DNA from: Bryobacterales bacterium
GTDB lineage: Bacteria > Acidobacteriota > Terriglobia > Bryobacterales > Bryobacteraceae
Length of the DNA stretch: 64,000 bases
Direction of reading: 5' to 3'
Assembly: GCA_038206015.1 (NCBI GenBank)
Contig: JBBRBI010000026.1
Span: 1-64,000 of the forward strand
Within the stretch, counting starts at the first letter, position 1. Each line of letters begins with the position of its first letter. Below the pieces are notes generated by a model that saw only the letters and a program-made list of their open reading frames with translations, ran no database searches and was not told where the DNA came from. The position numbers were made by a program, and so were the translations under genes. Below are positions 32,184 through 42,451 of the stretch, piece after piece.

Positions 32184-33630
32184 ATTCCCCAATCCCCTTG
32201 ACTTCCGGTGCTTTCAATGGGAACGTGACTGTAAACGTGGTCCCCTCCCCAATCTCGCTCTGGACGTGTATTTCTCCATTGTGCGCCTTCACAATCCATG
32301 CGACAAAACTAAGTCCCAGACCCAGGCCCTTTTCCGTGCCATTCTCCCGGCTCGGTATCCGGTAAAAGCGATCAAACAGGTGAGGCAGATGCTCTGGCGC
32401 GATTCCTTTTCCATTGTCGCGAATCTCAAGCGCAATCTTATGACTCGCCTCAATGACATTTAGTTCCACCTGAACAAAACCACCTTCGCGCGTGTACTTG
32501 ATTCCATTGTCGATCAGGTTGTAAAGTAGCCGCTCGATCTGAATTCGATCTCCCGAGATTGTGCCGTTCCTCGGCAGCACCGTGCTCAGCGTAACGTCGC
32601 GATCCATCGCCGGAATTTGCAAATCGCTGCTCACTTCGCGCACAAGAGCCACCAGATCGACGTCCTGCATCTGGAGCGTGGTCTGCCCGCCCTCCGCTTG
32701 TGCCAGTTGCAACAGCGCCCGCACGATCTGCGACAGTCGTTCAATGTCCAGTAGTGCCGCCTCGATCGCACACCGCAATTCTTCATCTGTTGTCGCTGTC
32801 ATCAGCGCCACTTCCAGTTGCCCACGTACTACCGTGATCGGCGTCCGCAATTCATGCGAGACATCGGTCGAGAACTGACGCATGTGGATAAAGCTCTTCT
32901 CCAGTCGTTCAACGGTTCCGTTAAACGCTTCGATCATGTGGTCGAGTTCGTCGCCAGACCCGCGCAATGGCACCCGCAGACTCAAGTTACTTCCAGATAC
33001 CTTATCCACCTCCGCAGCGACGTCCGTAACCGGTTTCATAGCCCGCCCCGCCAAGACCCATCCAAGTACCGCAGCGGTCAGGATAATGAGCGGCATCGCC
33101 AGAAAATAGTCAGTGCTGAAATCTTCGACAACATGCAAGCTCGGCGTAAAGTTCCTGCCCAAGGCCACAAAATACCGGCTATTCTTCTCCCGAAGCACAC
33201 CCTGCCGCACCATGAAAACCTGTCCGCGTAAATTTGGATGAAATGAATACGAAGGGTTGTTGCTCGCCATCACTCGCGCAATCACCGCAGGGCTCTCGAA
33301 TCCCAATTCGCGGTACATCTCCGAGCTCTCCAGTACCTCGCCCTTCTCGTCGGCGATCATGTAGATCAGCCGCAGGCGCTCTACAATCGCTACCTCTTCT
33401 TTGTCATTTGCGTCGAAGTTCCAGCCAATTTGCCCCTTGGCATCAATCCGCAGAAATCCCTTGCTTGCGGCCCATTCCTCGTCAAGCAGGCCTTCAACAG
33501 TCGTCTCGATTACGTTCCTCAACATGCTGCGCAGGACAAACCCAAATCCCGTCAGCAATATCGCAAAGAACACGACGTAGCTAAGCGCCAGCCGAAACCG
33601 GAGGCCCTTGAAAATTCGGCTGCGCCACAT
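32140..33630 (-). CDS. Sensor histidine kinase (HAMP-HisKA-HATPase, CusS-like)
   Basis: Two TM helices; SHELRTP; NLIDNGIKY, DNGKGI, FDRFYR, GLGLGL. Confidence 0.93.
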   Translation of the reverse strand: MWRSRIFKGLRFRLALSYVVFFAILLTGFGFVLRSMLRNVIETTVEGLLDEEWAASKGFLRIDAKGQIGWNFDANDKEEVAIVERLRLIYMIADEKGEVLESSEMYRELGFESPAVIARVMASNNPSYSFHPNLRGQVFMVRQGVLREKNSRYFVALGRNFTPSLHVVEDFSTDYFLAMPLIILTAAVLGWVLAGRAMKPVTDVAAEVDKVSGSNLSLRVPLRGSGDELDHMIEAFNGTVERLEKSFIHMRQFSTDVSHELRTPITVVRGQLEVALMTATTDEELRCAIEAALLDIERLSQIVRALLQLAQAEGGQTTLQMQDVDLVALVREVSSDLQIPAMDRDVTLSTVLPRNGTISGDRIQIERLLYNLIDNGIKYTREGGFVQVELNVIEASHKIALEIRDNGKGIAPEHLPHLFDRFYRIPSRENGTEKGLGLGLSFVAWIVKAHNGEIHVQSEIGEGTTFTVTFPLKAPEVKGIGEYGNQRETAGRHSNS

Positions 33631-33660
33631 CCTTCTACTCTAACGCCAGGCACCTGCCCT

Positions 33661-34359
33661 CTAGGCGCTGAGTGCCCTGTCGCCCCTGCCTTCGGGTAGA
33701 TCCAGCATGTATCCAACGCCCCGCACTGTGTGGATCAGTTTCGCGGGGTAGCGGTCGTCAATCTTGCTTCGCAAATGACGGATATACACATCCACAATAT
33801 TTGTCAAACCGTCATAATCCATATCCCACACATGCTCGACGATCATCGTCCTGCTGAGCGGTTTCCCACGGTTCCGCATCAGGTACTCGAGGATCGAAAA
33901 TTCCTTCGGCGCAAGCTCGATTGTGTCCCCGGCTCGCGTCACCTTCCGGCGAATACAGTCCAGCGTTAATTCTCCGACAGCGAGCTTCTCTGGTGTAGGC
34001 TGCCCTCTGCGCAACAGCACTCTTACCCGGGCCAGCAATTCGACAAAGGCGAACGGCTTTGTCAGATAATCGTCCGCCCCCAGTTCCAGCCCCTTCACCC
34101 GGTCCTCAACCCCACCGCGCGCACTCAGAATTAATACCGGCGGGTTCGCTTTCCGGTTCCTGATTTTCTCCAGTACTCTGAGCCCGTCCATGTCCGGCAA
34201 CATCATGTCCAGAATGACGAGGTCATAATCTGTGGCATGGGCCAGATCAAGCGCGCTCTGGCCATCGGGCGCGATGTCAACTGTATAACCACCACTCTCG
34301 AGGCCCCGGCCTAAAAAGTCAGCAATTCTTTTTTCATCTTCAACGACTAGGATGCGCAT
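33661..34359 (-). CDS. OmpR-family response regulator
   Basis: ILVVEDE, LDMMLP, GADDYLTKPF, IHTVRGVGY; start re-assigned to ATG 34359 (SD GGAG). Confidence 0.95.
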   Translation of the reverse strand: MRILVVEDEKRIADFLGRGLESGGYTVDIAPDGQSALDLAHATDYDLVILDMMLPDMDGLRVLEKIRNRKANPPVLILSARGGVEDRVKGLELGADDYLTKPFAFVELLARVRVLLRRGQPTPEKLAVGELTLDCIRRKVTRAGDTIELAPKEFSILEYLMRNRGKPLSRTMIVEHVWDMDYDGLTNIVDVYIRHLRSKIDDRYPAKLIHTVRGVGYMLDLPEGRGDRALSA

Positions 34360-34384
34360 GTTGAAACTCGCTCCTACCTTAACA

Positions 34385-35233
34385 CTAGCCTCGCTCCCAT
34401 ATCCACCCATAAACGCCAAGACTGATCCCATAGGCGATAGCCGCGATTCCAAGATAGGCAAATTCCCCTCTCGAAGTGGCAATGCCACAGGAAAACATGC
34501 CGATCACCTGAAAGAAACCGTGCGGGAAAAACTGCCCCGAAGAAAAACGCCACGCTCCCCCGTCAATCGGAGAAAATACGCTCGCATGGTGCCCAATCGC
34601 CAAGGCAGCCAGCATTCCCGCCAGCGCTGCGACAGGGCTCAAAGCAGCCGTCAGGATCATTGATGTTGCAATCAGGGGCAAGCCCTTGCGCAGCAGAATT
34701 CGATAGCCCGGCGCAGGGGCCACTTTCCAGCGCAGCCTGCCCCCAATGCCATCGAGCGCAAACAGATTCTGCGCTAGCGTGCTCAGCGCCAGCACGACCA
34801 ACATCGACAAAATGGGATAAGCCTCCGGGTCCGGCTTCGAATATAGAAAGCGATATGCCGTTCCGGATCCCGCCAGCATCACCGCCAGCCAGAAGTCCAG
34901 TGTCCGTGGAATCTGTCTCAATTCAAGCAACGGCATCAACTTCCATAGCCTCGGACTGCTCTCAATCTCTGGCTTCGTCAATGGTGCGAGTACTCGCCGC
35001 TGCCAGCTCTCCAGCGGCCATAGCGCCAAGCGGATCGACGGAATCTTTGCCAGTGGTGCACTGATCGCAGGCAAGATCAGAAGCGACCCCAGCAGTGCCA
35101 GTATGAACCCCATGCTCTCCGGCTGCATGGATAACAGCAGCGCGAAAAAAGTGAAATTATTCCCCGTGATCGACCCCAACTCATAAATTTCGCGCCATGC
35201 CGAGACGCAGACGGCTCGCAGCAATGCAAACAT
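34385..35233 (-). CDS. Membrane protein, probable ABC permease
   Basis: Multiple hydrophobic helices; abuts the ABC ATPase gene. Confidence 0.6.
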   Translation of the reverse strand: MFALLRAVCVSAWREIYELGSITGNNFTFFALLLSMQPESMGFILALLGSLLILPAISAPLAKIPSIRLALWPLESWQRRVLAPLTKPEIESSPRLWKLMPLLELRQIPRTLDFWLAVMLAGSGTAYRFLYSKPDPEAYPILSMLVVLALSTLAQNLFALDGIGGRLRWKVAPAPGYRILLRKGLPLIATSMILTAALSPVAALAGMLAALAIGHHASVFSPIDGGAWRFSSGQFFPHGFFQVIGMFSCGIATSRGEFAYLGIAAIAYGISLGVYGWIWERG

Positions 35234-35962
35234 CTACACCCACTCCATCGTCGGCAAGGACTTTGCCTTCACCACGTCCAGATAGTGCGCCCGCAACTCT
35301 CCTTCAGCCATCGACTCGCTCCGCCAAACAACCTCACCGCCGTCCAGCAGCAGCACTTCGTCAGCAAGCCGCTCCACGTGCATCAGCATGTGCGAACTCA
35401 CCACCATCGCCACTCCCCTTGCTTTCAATTCTTTCAGCAAGCCCAGCACTGTCTCGCAGCTCGCTGGATCCAGGCCCTCAAACGGTTCGTCCAGGATTAA
35501 CAACTTCGGCGCATGCATCACTGCCAGCGCCAGCGCCGTCTTCTTTTTCATTCCATAACTGCACGCAGCTGCGAAACGCCCACGCCCTTCGCTGAGTCCA
35601 AGTAGTTCGAGTAATTCTTCGATCCGCTTCTGTGGCTTCTCAACGCCATACATATCACCACTCAACTTCAGGTGCTCCTCAATGCTCAATGCTTCAAACA
35701 GACCCAGGTGCTCAGGCATGACGCCCACGCCAGCTCGCCACGCCCGAGGAGCGCTCTTCGGCCTGACTCCCAAAACACTCAAATTGCCGAAACTTTCCGA
35801 CTCCAGCCCTGCCAATACCCTGAGGCAGGTAGATTTCCCCGCACCGTTCGGGCCCACCAATATCGCCGCTTTTCCCGGTGCCAAATCGAGGTCGAAGTTC
35901 TGCAGCGCGTCGAATTCTCCATACCGAACGCCCAATCCATGGCACGCAATTACTTTACTCAC
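35234..35962 (-). CDS. ABC transporter ATP-binding protein (ABC-2 type)
   Basis: GPNGAGKST, SYGMKKK, LILDEP, SSH; GTG start with SD GAGGG. Confidence 0.92.
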   Translation of the reverse strand: MSKVIACHGLGVRYGEFDALQNFDLDLAPGKAAILVGPNGAGKSTCLRVLAGLESESFGNLSVLGVRPKSAPRAWRAGVGVMPEHLGLFEALSIEEHLKLSGDMYGVEKPQKRIEELLELLGLSEGRGRFAAACSYGMKKKTALALAVMHAPKLLILDEPFEGLDPASCETVLGLLKELKARGVAMVVSSHMLMHVERLADEVLLLDGGEVVWRSESMAEGELRAHYLDVVKAKSLPTMEWV

Positions 35963-36072
35963 AAACCCTCCTACGGGCAATAATTTATCTAAGTTCCAAT
36001 TTCATTTGCGTTTAGCGCCGTCTATTCGCTAGCCTTTTTACAGACCGCAATCCACCCTAGGAGTCCCAACGT

Positions 36073-36624
36073 ATGTGGAACCGCCGAAAAGATGAACCGA
36101 CAGATCGCCCCTTGGGTTCCCCATCCGCTAACCCAAGCACCGGCAACGAAGGAACGCCAATGCAGACTATGCCCACTCGCTACGATAACGAATCCCCCAC
36201 TCCGTCCCGCGCCGCTACCATCGGCAAAGGGGTCTCCATCACTGGACAGATCTTTTCCAAAGAGGATCTCATCATTGATGGCGAAGTGGATGGAACCGTG
36301 GAAGCCCACGACCACAAACTCACCATCGGCCCGAATGGCAAAGTGAAGGCCAGCATTAAAGCTAAGGATATCGTGATCCTTGGCAACGTCCAAGGCAATG
36401 TCGAAGCCACTGAGAAGCTCGACATCAAGAAGGACGCCCGGCTCGTTGGCGACATCAAGACGGCTCGCATTGCCATCGAAGATGGTGCACTTTTTAAGGG
36501 TTCAATCGACATCATTCGCCCAGAAGCCCCAAAGTCTGTCACCCCCAAGCCCCAGCCAATCGCTGGGCCAAACGTTTCTCAGCAGCCTCTGTCTGCCTCC
36601 CCTGGCGGAGAAACAAAGCGCTAG
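36073..36624 (+). CDS. Bactofilin (polymer-forming cytoskeletal protein)
   Basis: IGKGVSITG..DLIIDGEVDG..IEDGALFKG beta-helix with disordered tails. Confidence 0.9.
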   Translation: MWNRRKDEPTDRPLGSPSANPSTGNEGTPMQTMPTRYDNESPTPSRAATIGKGVSITGQIFSKEDLIIDGEVDGTVEAHDHKLTIGPNGKVKASIKAKDIVILGNVQGNVEATEKLDIKKDARLVGDIKTARIAIEDGALFKGSIDIIRPEAPKSVTPKPQPIAGPNVSQQPLSASPGGETKR

Positions 36625-36667
36625 TGCCGGGCAACCAACTTATAACCCTGTTACTTTAGTATTACAG

Positions 36668-37381
36668 GTGATAGCGAACCGTTTACGGGCTTTACTCCGC
36701 GCTGTGCAAGGTTCTGAGGAACCAGAGCCCACACTGCGCCCCAAGCGCCCGCAGCAGCAGATGCCTCAGGTCTCGGCACCGCCGCCGATGATTCTGCCTC
36801 CTCAAACGCGCACCAGCCCGGCCCTGATGCAATTTGTTCGCTCTCTCGACACAGAGCGTGAACTGCGCTTGCTCGATCTGGGTGGTGCCAACGCCGCCAA
36901 CATCCAGTTCATGACGCAACTCGGTACACGGCTCTACTCCGAAGACTTCTTCGCCACTCTCGAAGATTGCTTCGGCGATGGAGACTATTACGAAAATCAG
37001 CGCGACCCCGCCCGCGTCGACAGCTTCCTGATCCAGACTTTCTCAGAACAACGCGGCCCTTTCGACGGAGCCCTGGTCTGGGATTGCCTTCAGTTCCTCC
37101 GTCCTTCGCTACTGGAAAAAACCATCGACCACCTCCACCGCATTCTCGAACCCGGTGCCCATCTACTCGCCTACTTCTACGCCGATGATCGTTCGACTGT
37201 AGTGCCTCAATTTAATTTCAAGATCACCGACGAAAACGGCATCATCATTACCCAGCGCGGCGAAATGCCTCCTGGTCAACCCTTCTCCAACCGCAACATT
37301 GAACGCCTCTTTGAAGATTTTTCTTCCACTAAGTTTTTCTTGAGCCGCGACAGCATGCGCGAAGTCCTGGTCAAGCGGTAA
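36668..37381 (+). CDS. Class I SAM-dependent methyltransferase-like protein
   Basis: LLDLGG (degenerate motif I), FDGALVWD, ILEPGA; start uncertain (GTG 36668). Confidence 0.6.
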   Translation: MIANRLRALLRAVQGSEEPEPTLRPKRPQQQMPQVSAPPPMILPPQTRTSPALMQFVRSLDTERELRLLDLGGANAANIQFMTQLGTRLYSEDFFATLEDCFGDGDYYENQRDPARVDSFLIQTFSEQRGPFDGALVWDCLQFLRPSLLEKTIDHLHRILEPGAHLLAYFYADDRSTVVPQFNFKITDENGIIITQRGEMPPGQPFSNRNIERLFEDFSSTKFFLSRDSMREVLVKR

Positions 37382-37384
37382 AGA

Positions 37385-38623
37385 GTGGCCTTCCAGTTCG
37401 AGCTTTTCATCGCCCAGCGCTATCTCAAAGCCAAGCGGCGTCAAGCAGCCATTTCCGTTATTACTGCCATTTCCATTGCTGGAGTCGCCGCTGGCGTTAT
37501 GGCTCTGGTTATCGCTATCGCCATCAACAATGGCTTCCGCACCACGCTGCAAAAGAACCTCCTCGGGGCGACAGCGCACGTTACGGTTACTGAAAGGGCC
37601 TCCAGTTCCGGCATTGCCGACTGGCGGCAACTGGCCCAAAAGATGGGTGCGATTCCCGGCGCCGTGGAAGCCTCGCCCGCCCTCTATGAGAAGGTCTTCG
37701 TCAGTGCCGGGCCGTCCAGCTCCGGCGCAGTCATCAAAGGCCTCGACCTGGCGAGCCCGCGCCTGCAAAGTGATCTGGTCCCTTTCGTCAAACAAGGCAG
37801 TCTCGATAAATTGCGCGAGTCCTCGCCCGAAGCCCCATATATCCTCATCGGCTCCAAACTATCGGATGCCCTCGGCTTGCGCCTGGGCAACTACATCCAG
37901 GTCATAAACCCAATGGGTGAACTCACTCCCTTCGGCCCCCGCCCCTCCTACCACCGCATGCGCATTGCTGGCATTGTCGAAACCGGCTTCTACGACGTCG
38001 ACGCCAATTTCACCTTCATGGCGCTCACAGATTTGCAACGAATCATGTCCCTCGGCGATGTCGTCAATGCGATCGAAATCAAGATCGCCGATATCGACTC
38101 GGCGCCCGACTTCGCCGTTCGCGCACAGCAGCTAGCGGGCAATCAGTATGTCGCAACCAATTGGATGGAGCAAAATCGCCAGCTCCTCGGCGCGCTCAAG
38201 ATGGAGCGTATTGTCAGCCTGATCACGATTGGCTTGATCCAACTCGTCGCCGCGCTCAACATCTTCATCACCCTGATCATGATGGTGATGGAGAAACAGC
38301 GCGACATTGCGATCCTTCTTTCGATGGGCACGCGCAAAGACCAGATCCGCCGCATCTTCATCTATCAGGGCCTGCTGATTGGTGTAACCGGTGCCGCGCT
38401 CGGCCTGATCCTCGGCTACGGTATCAGCTACATCGCTGACCACTATCGCTTGATCGCGCTCAGCGAGGAGATCTACTCGGTCGCCTATGTGCCCTTCCAA
38501 CCCAACCCGATCGATGCTGTCTGGATCACCGCCTTCGCCCTGACAGTCTCCCTGATCGCCACCCTTTACCCGGCCAATTCCGCCACCCGTATCGCCCCAG
38601 CCGAAGCCCTTCGCTACGAATAG
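37385..38623 (+). CDS. lolC: Lipoprotein-releasing ABC permease LolC/E (FtsX family)
   Basis: IAQRYL, GVMAL, VMEKQRDIAILLSMG, PAEALRYE. Confidence 0.88.
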   Translation: MAFQFELFIAQRYLKAKRRQAAISVITAISIAGVAAGVMALVIAIAINNGFRTTLQKNLLGATAHVTVTERASSSGIADWRQLAQKMGAIPGAVEASPALYEKVFVSAGPSSSGAVIKGLDLASPRLQSDLVPFVKQGSLDKLRESSPEAPYILIGSKLSDALGLRLGNYIQVINPMGELTPFGPRPSYHRMRIAGIVETGFYDVDANFTFMALTDLQRIMSLGDVVNAIEIKIADIDSAPDFAVRAQQLAGNQYVATNWMEQNRQLLGALKMERIVSLITIGLIQLVAALNIFITLIMMVMEKQRDIAILLSMGTRKDQIRRIFIYQGLLIGVTGAALGLILGYGISYIADHYRLIALSEEIYSVAYVPFQPNPIDAVWITAFALTVSLIATLYPANSATRIAPAEALRYE

Positions 38624-38649
38624 CATCGATGGGGCCGAGAAATCCCCTC

Positions 38650-39996
38650 CTACAACCCCGTCAGCCCCCCATCACTGTCCCCCAGCGAGTCCACCGGCAC
38701 TCCCATCTTGTCCAGCATCGACACAAACAAGTTCGACATCGGCGTTTCCGCCTTATACCGGACCAGCCGCCCCGGCTTCAACTGCCCACACCCGCCCCCC
38801 GCCAATGCCACTGGCAAGTTAGAATGATCATGCCCATTCCCGTCACTCAACCCACTCCCATAACTGATCATCACGTGATCCAGCAGCGTCCCATCGCCAT
38901 CCGGCGTCCTCTTTAACTTATCGAGTAAGTAAGCAAGTTGCTTCACGTGGAAGCAATTGATCTGCGTAACCTTCTCTATCTTCTCTTTGTCCCCTTGATG
39001 ATGAGTCAAGCCATGATGCGCCTCCGGGATGCCAATCTCCGGATACGCTCTCGGGCTCTGCTCCAGCGCCAGCAACACCGTCGCCACCCTTGTAGAATCA
39101 GTCTGAAACGCCAGCGTCATCAAATCGAACATCACCCGCGAATGTTCTCCAAACTCTGTCGGAATACTCGCATCCGGCACCGCAAACCCCACCGCCTTCG
39201 GCCGCACCTCTCGCTCCGCGCTCTGAATCCTCTTCTCTAACTCACGAATCGAATCGAGATACTCATCCAACTTACGACGGTCATCTCCCGCAAGCGTCGA
39301 GTTCAACCGCTTTGTCTGCCCGATCACCACATCAAGGATGCTCCGTTGATACCGTGCTTCCCTCGGGTCTGTGTCCCCGGCCCCAAACAAGCGCTCAAAC
39401 ACCGCACGCGGTCGGATCTCCGCCGGGCTCGGGGACGACGGCGTCCGCCAAGAAATGCTGTTGGAATATGCGCAACTATACCCGTTGTCGCAACTCCCGC
39501 CCTGCACCCCCTCCTCGCATCCCAATTCCAACGACCCAAACCGCGTCTTCCCTGCCAGCCGCTGCCCCGCAATCTGATCCACCGACACCCCGGCGCGCAG
39601 CTCTCGGCCATTTGTCTTCTTCGGGTGCACACCGGTCAGATAATTTGCCCCGGCCCGCCCATGATCACCCGGCCCGTCGCCCAGTGCCCTGCCGCCGTTA
39701 TGCGTCAATCCCGCCAGCAGTGAAATATCATTCCGAAACGGTGCCAGGATGCGCGAAATCCGTGGCAGCTCCGTCGGCAGCGCCACCGCTCCAGGCACCA
39801 TCGCTGCAGTCCCGGCTGGGAACCACTCGTTCATCATGATCCCGTTCGGCACATAGATAAAGGCCATCCGGCAAGGCGAGGCCGCCGCGCCCGCCCCGTG
39901 AGCAAACGCTGGCACCATCGCCTCCAACAGCGGCAACGCAATGGCCGTTCCAGTTCCGCGCAGCAACGCTCTTCGCGATATTGATTTACCGGGCAT
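38650..39996 (-). CDS. DUF1552 (HXXSHH) protein, Tat signal, copy 1
   Basis: SRRALLRG..LPLLEAM, YVPNG, CDNGYSCAY, HHGLTHH, DGTLLD, HDHSNLP. Confidence 0.88.
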   Translation of the reverse strand: MPGKSISRRALLRGTGTAIALPLLEAMVPAFAHGAGAAASPCRMAFIYVPNGIMMNEWFPAGTAAMVPGAVALPTELPRISRILAPFRNDISLLAGLTHNGGRALGDGPGDHGRAGANYLTGVHPKKTNGRELRAGVSVDQIAGQRLAGKTRFGSLELGCEEGVQGGSCDNGYSCAYSNSISWRTPSSPSPAEIRPRAVFERLFGAGDTDPREARYQRSILDVVIGQTKRLNSTLAGDDRRKLDEYLDSIRELEKRIQSAEREVRPKAVGFAVPDASIPTEFGEHSRVMFDLMTLAFQTDSTRVATVLLALEQSPRAYPEIGIPEAHHGLTHHQGDKEKIEKVTQINCFHVKQLAYLLDKLKRTPDGDGTLLDHVMISYGSGLSDGNGHDHSNLPVALAGGGCGQLKPGRLVRYKAETPMSNLFVSMLDKMGVPVDSLGDSDGGLTGL

Positions 39997-42334
39997 GGGC
40001 TTCCTCCACCTTCACTACAACATTCGACTTACGCATCCGAAATGGCTTACTGTCGATAATCTCATTTACCAACGTCGAAAAGCGATAGCCATCGGCAGCC
40101 ACTCGCTCAACGATCCGATCCAGCGACTGTCGGTCGGACGCTTCAACACCCCGACCCAGCGCAAAGGTCAACATCTTCTCTGCAAAATTCCGCACATACG
40201 CATCGGGCTGCGCCAGCAACGCCTGCTTCAATCCCCCAGGCCCCGAAAACGCCCGCCCCCCGGGCAATTTCCCCGAAGCATTCACCGCAAAATTACCCTC
40301 TCGCTCCCGCCAGGCCCCCGAAGCATCATAATTCTCTAGGGCAAACCCAATCGGGTCCATGGATCGATGACACGCCGCACACTCCTCCTTTGCCCGATGC
40401 TGCTCCATCATTTGGCGCACCGACAACCCCACCCCCGTTCCATGCTCGTCAAGTGCAGGCACATCCGCCGGCGGCGGTGGTGGCGCAGCACCCAGCAAAT
40501 TCTCCAGCACCCACTTGCCACGAATCACCGGCGAAGTCCGCGTCGCATAAGATGACAAAGCCAGAATCGCCCCTTGCCCAAGCACGCCCCCGCGCTGCAC
40601 GCCATCCAGTTCCACCCGCTGAAACTCCTCACCACTCACTCCGGCAATTCCGTAATGCCGCGCCAACGGCCCGTTCACATAAGTGAAGCGCCCATCGATA
40701 AACTCCAGTACACTCCGGTTCTCCCGTAGAATCGCCCGTGCAAATAACTCCGACTCCTGTCGCATCCACTCCAGCAACTCATCATCGACCAGCGGGAAGC
40801 GCACCGGGTCCGGCTTCCGGCGGTCTAAAATCCTTAAGCCCAACCACTGACCCATAAAGTTCTCCACCAGCGCATTTGCCTTCGCATCGGCCAGCATCCG
40901 TGTCGCCTCAGCCCGCACCGCCGCCGTCCCACCTGCCGCTGCCCGCAACAGTGCCTCATCCGGCGGAGCGCTCCATAAAAAGAATGAAAGTCGGCTCGCC
41001 AGGCTGTACGCGTTCAACGGGCCATCCGGCTCACGCTCAATGCGAAACAGGAAATTTGGCGACATCAGTATCGCTTGCAACGCCACGCGCACGCCCTCGT
41101 CGAACGACTCGCTATCCTTGCGCACCCGTGTCGCCAAATCCGTCAATTCATCCACCTCAATCCGGGTCGCGACGCGCCGCCACGCCCGTCGCGCCAGGTC
41201 TTCAACGATCCGTTGCGAGCACTCCGGCGTCCTCGCCGAGCAAACAAACTTCGCCTTTCGCACCGGCGCGGGGTTAAAGGGCCCAACAATGTCGAAGTAG
41301 TCGGTAAACAACTTCCGCCGACCATCCAGATTCACGTTCGTCCCGGGCTTCTCCATCCCTGCATACTTTGGAAACGAGGCTCGAAACGAGTGCTCCCCTG
41401 CCTTCAATTTCACCCTGGCAATCGACTCCCCATGCGCATACTGATAGTCGATATTACCTTCAACGATCTCCGAGTACACCGCCTTCCCATCCACGCTGAA
41501 CACCATCTTCACCGGCGGATCGGAAATCCGGTTTAACTCCATCAACTCCGCCTTTTCAGCCTCATTCAAGTTAAATTTCCGCGTCAACGCCCGCTGTCGC
41601 ACTGCATTGCGGTCCGTCCCCACCGCATCGCGCGGTCGGTAATTAGCCACCCGCATCCGAAACTCATACTCGCCATCCACCGGGAAGTCATAGCTCGCCC
41701 AAAGCGCTCCGCGAATCGAGTAGGGCAGGGCATTGGCTGTCGCGTCGTCTTGCGTTTTCTTCCCTAACAAACGAGTCAGCTTGGAAGGCTTAAGCGGATA
41801 GGGCTCCCCATACACAGCAATGCGCGCCGTCCGTCTGGCGGCAGTCGCATACTTTTCCATCAACAGCGGTGACACCGAAAGAACGTCGCCGATATTGTCA
41901 AAACCATACCCGGCATCATCCAGCGGAAAATCATCCGCAGGCCGAATCGATACCCCCAACAGGTCCCGCACAGAGTTGTTGTATTCGACGCGATTCAAGC
42001 GATGGGCTGTCACCCTGCCAGGGTTGTCGCTGATGCCCAGTGCACGCTCCAGCGCGCTGCTGGCAAGCTCCCGCTCCGCCTTTGATGGCGCAGGCACCCC
42101 CGGCGGCGGCATCCGCCCGGTGGCAATCCGATCAAGTAATTTCTCAAGAATTCCGCGTCCCGTCGGAGTCTCATGCAGATCGAGTTTCGCGGACGCAAAC
42201 GATGCGTTATGGCAGCCCACGCAGTTCTTCTTGAGAAAAGGGTCAAGCGTGCTCGGTAGCGATTGGGCACCGCCCGCAGTGGCCGCCAGCAGCCCAGTTA
42301 CACTGACGCAAAGAATTCGGTGCACACGTATCAC
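39986..42334 (-). CDS. DUF1587/1595/1592/1588/1585 protein with two CxxCH motifs, copy 1
   Basis: CVGCH, RLNRVEYNN, GFDN, LASRLSFFLWS, RTSPVIRGKW, CAACH..MDPIGF. Confidence 0.9.
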   Translation of the reverse strand: MIRVHRILCVSVTGLLAATAGGAQSLPSTLDPFLKKNCVGCHNASFASAKLDLHETPTGRGILEKLLDRIATGRMPPPGVPAPSKAERELASSALERALGISDNPGRVTAHRLNRVEYNNSVRDLLGVSIRPADDFPLDDAGYGFDNIGDVLSVSPLLMEKYATAARRTARIAVYGEPYPLKPSKLTRLLGKKTQDDATANALPYSIRGALWASYDFPVDGEYEFRMRVANYRPRDAVGTDRNAVRQRALTRKFNLNEAEKAELMELNRISDPPVKMVFSVDGKAVYSEIVEGNIDYQYAHGESIARVKLKAGEHSFRASFPKYAGMEKPGTNVNLDGRRKLFTDYFDIVGPFNPAPVRKAKFVCSARTPECSQRIVEDLARRAWRRVATRIEVDELTDLATRVRKDSESFDEGVRVALQAILMSPNFLFRIEREPDGPLNAYSLASRLSFFLWSAPPDEALLRAAAGGTAAVRAEATRMLADAKANALVENFMGQWLGLRILDRRKPDPVRFPLVDDELLEWMRQESELFARAILRENRSVLEFIDGRFTYVNGPLARHYGIAGVSGEEFQRVELDGVQRGGVLGQGAILALSSYATRTSPVIRGKWVLENLLGAAPPPPPADVPALDEHGTGVGLSVRQMMEQHRAKEECAACHRSMDPIGFALENYDASGAWREREGNFAVNASGKLPGGRAFSGPGGLKQALLAQPDAYVRNFAEKMLTFALGRGVEASDRQSLDRIVERVAADGYRFSTLVNEIIDSKPFRMRKSNVVVKVEEAHAR

Positions 42335-42451
42335 TTTCTACGATTCTAATCCACCGCACTGGTGACAATTCATCGGCACCCTGCTTGGCCGAACAAACAT
42401 CCAGACTCCAACTCCGAGTATTAGCCCCCACCCTGCCGCTAAGGAGCAAAC

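Noticed and set aside
36380-36667. N-terminal extension of the 333-aa ORF overlapping bactofilin (and similar extensions at 34488, 52847, 43588, 18354)
   Set aside because: Low-complexity overlaps; downstream starts with better SD, -10 or signal-peptide support exist
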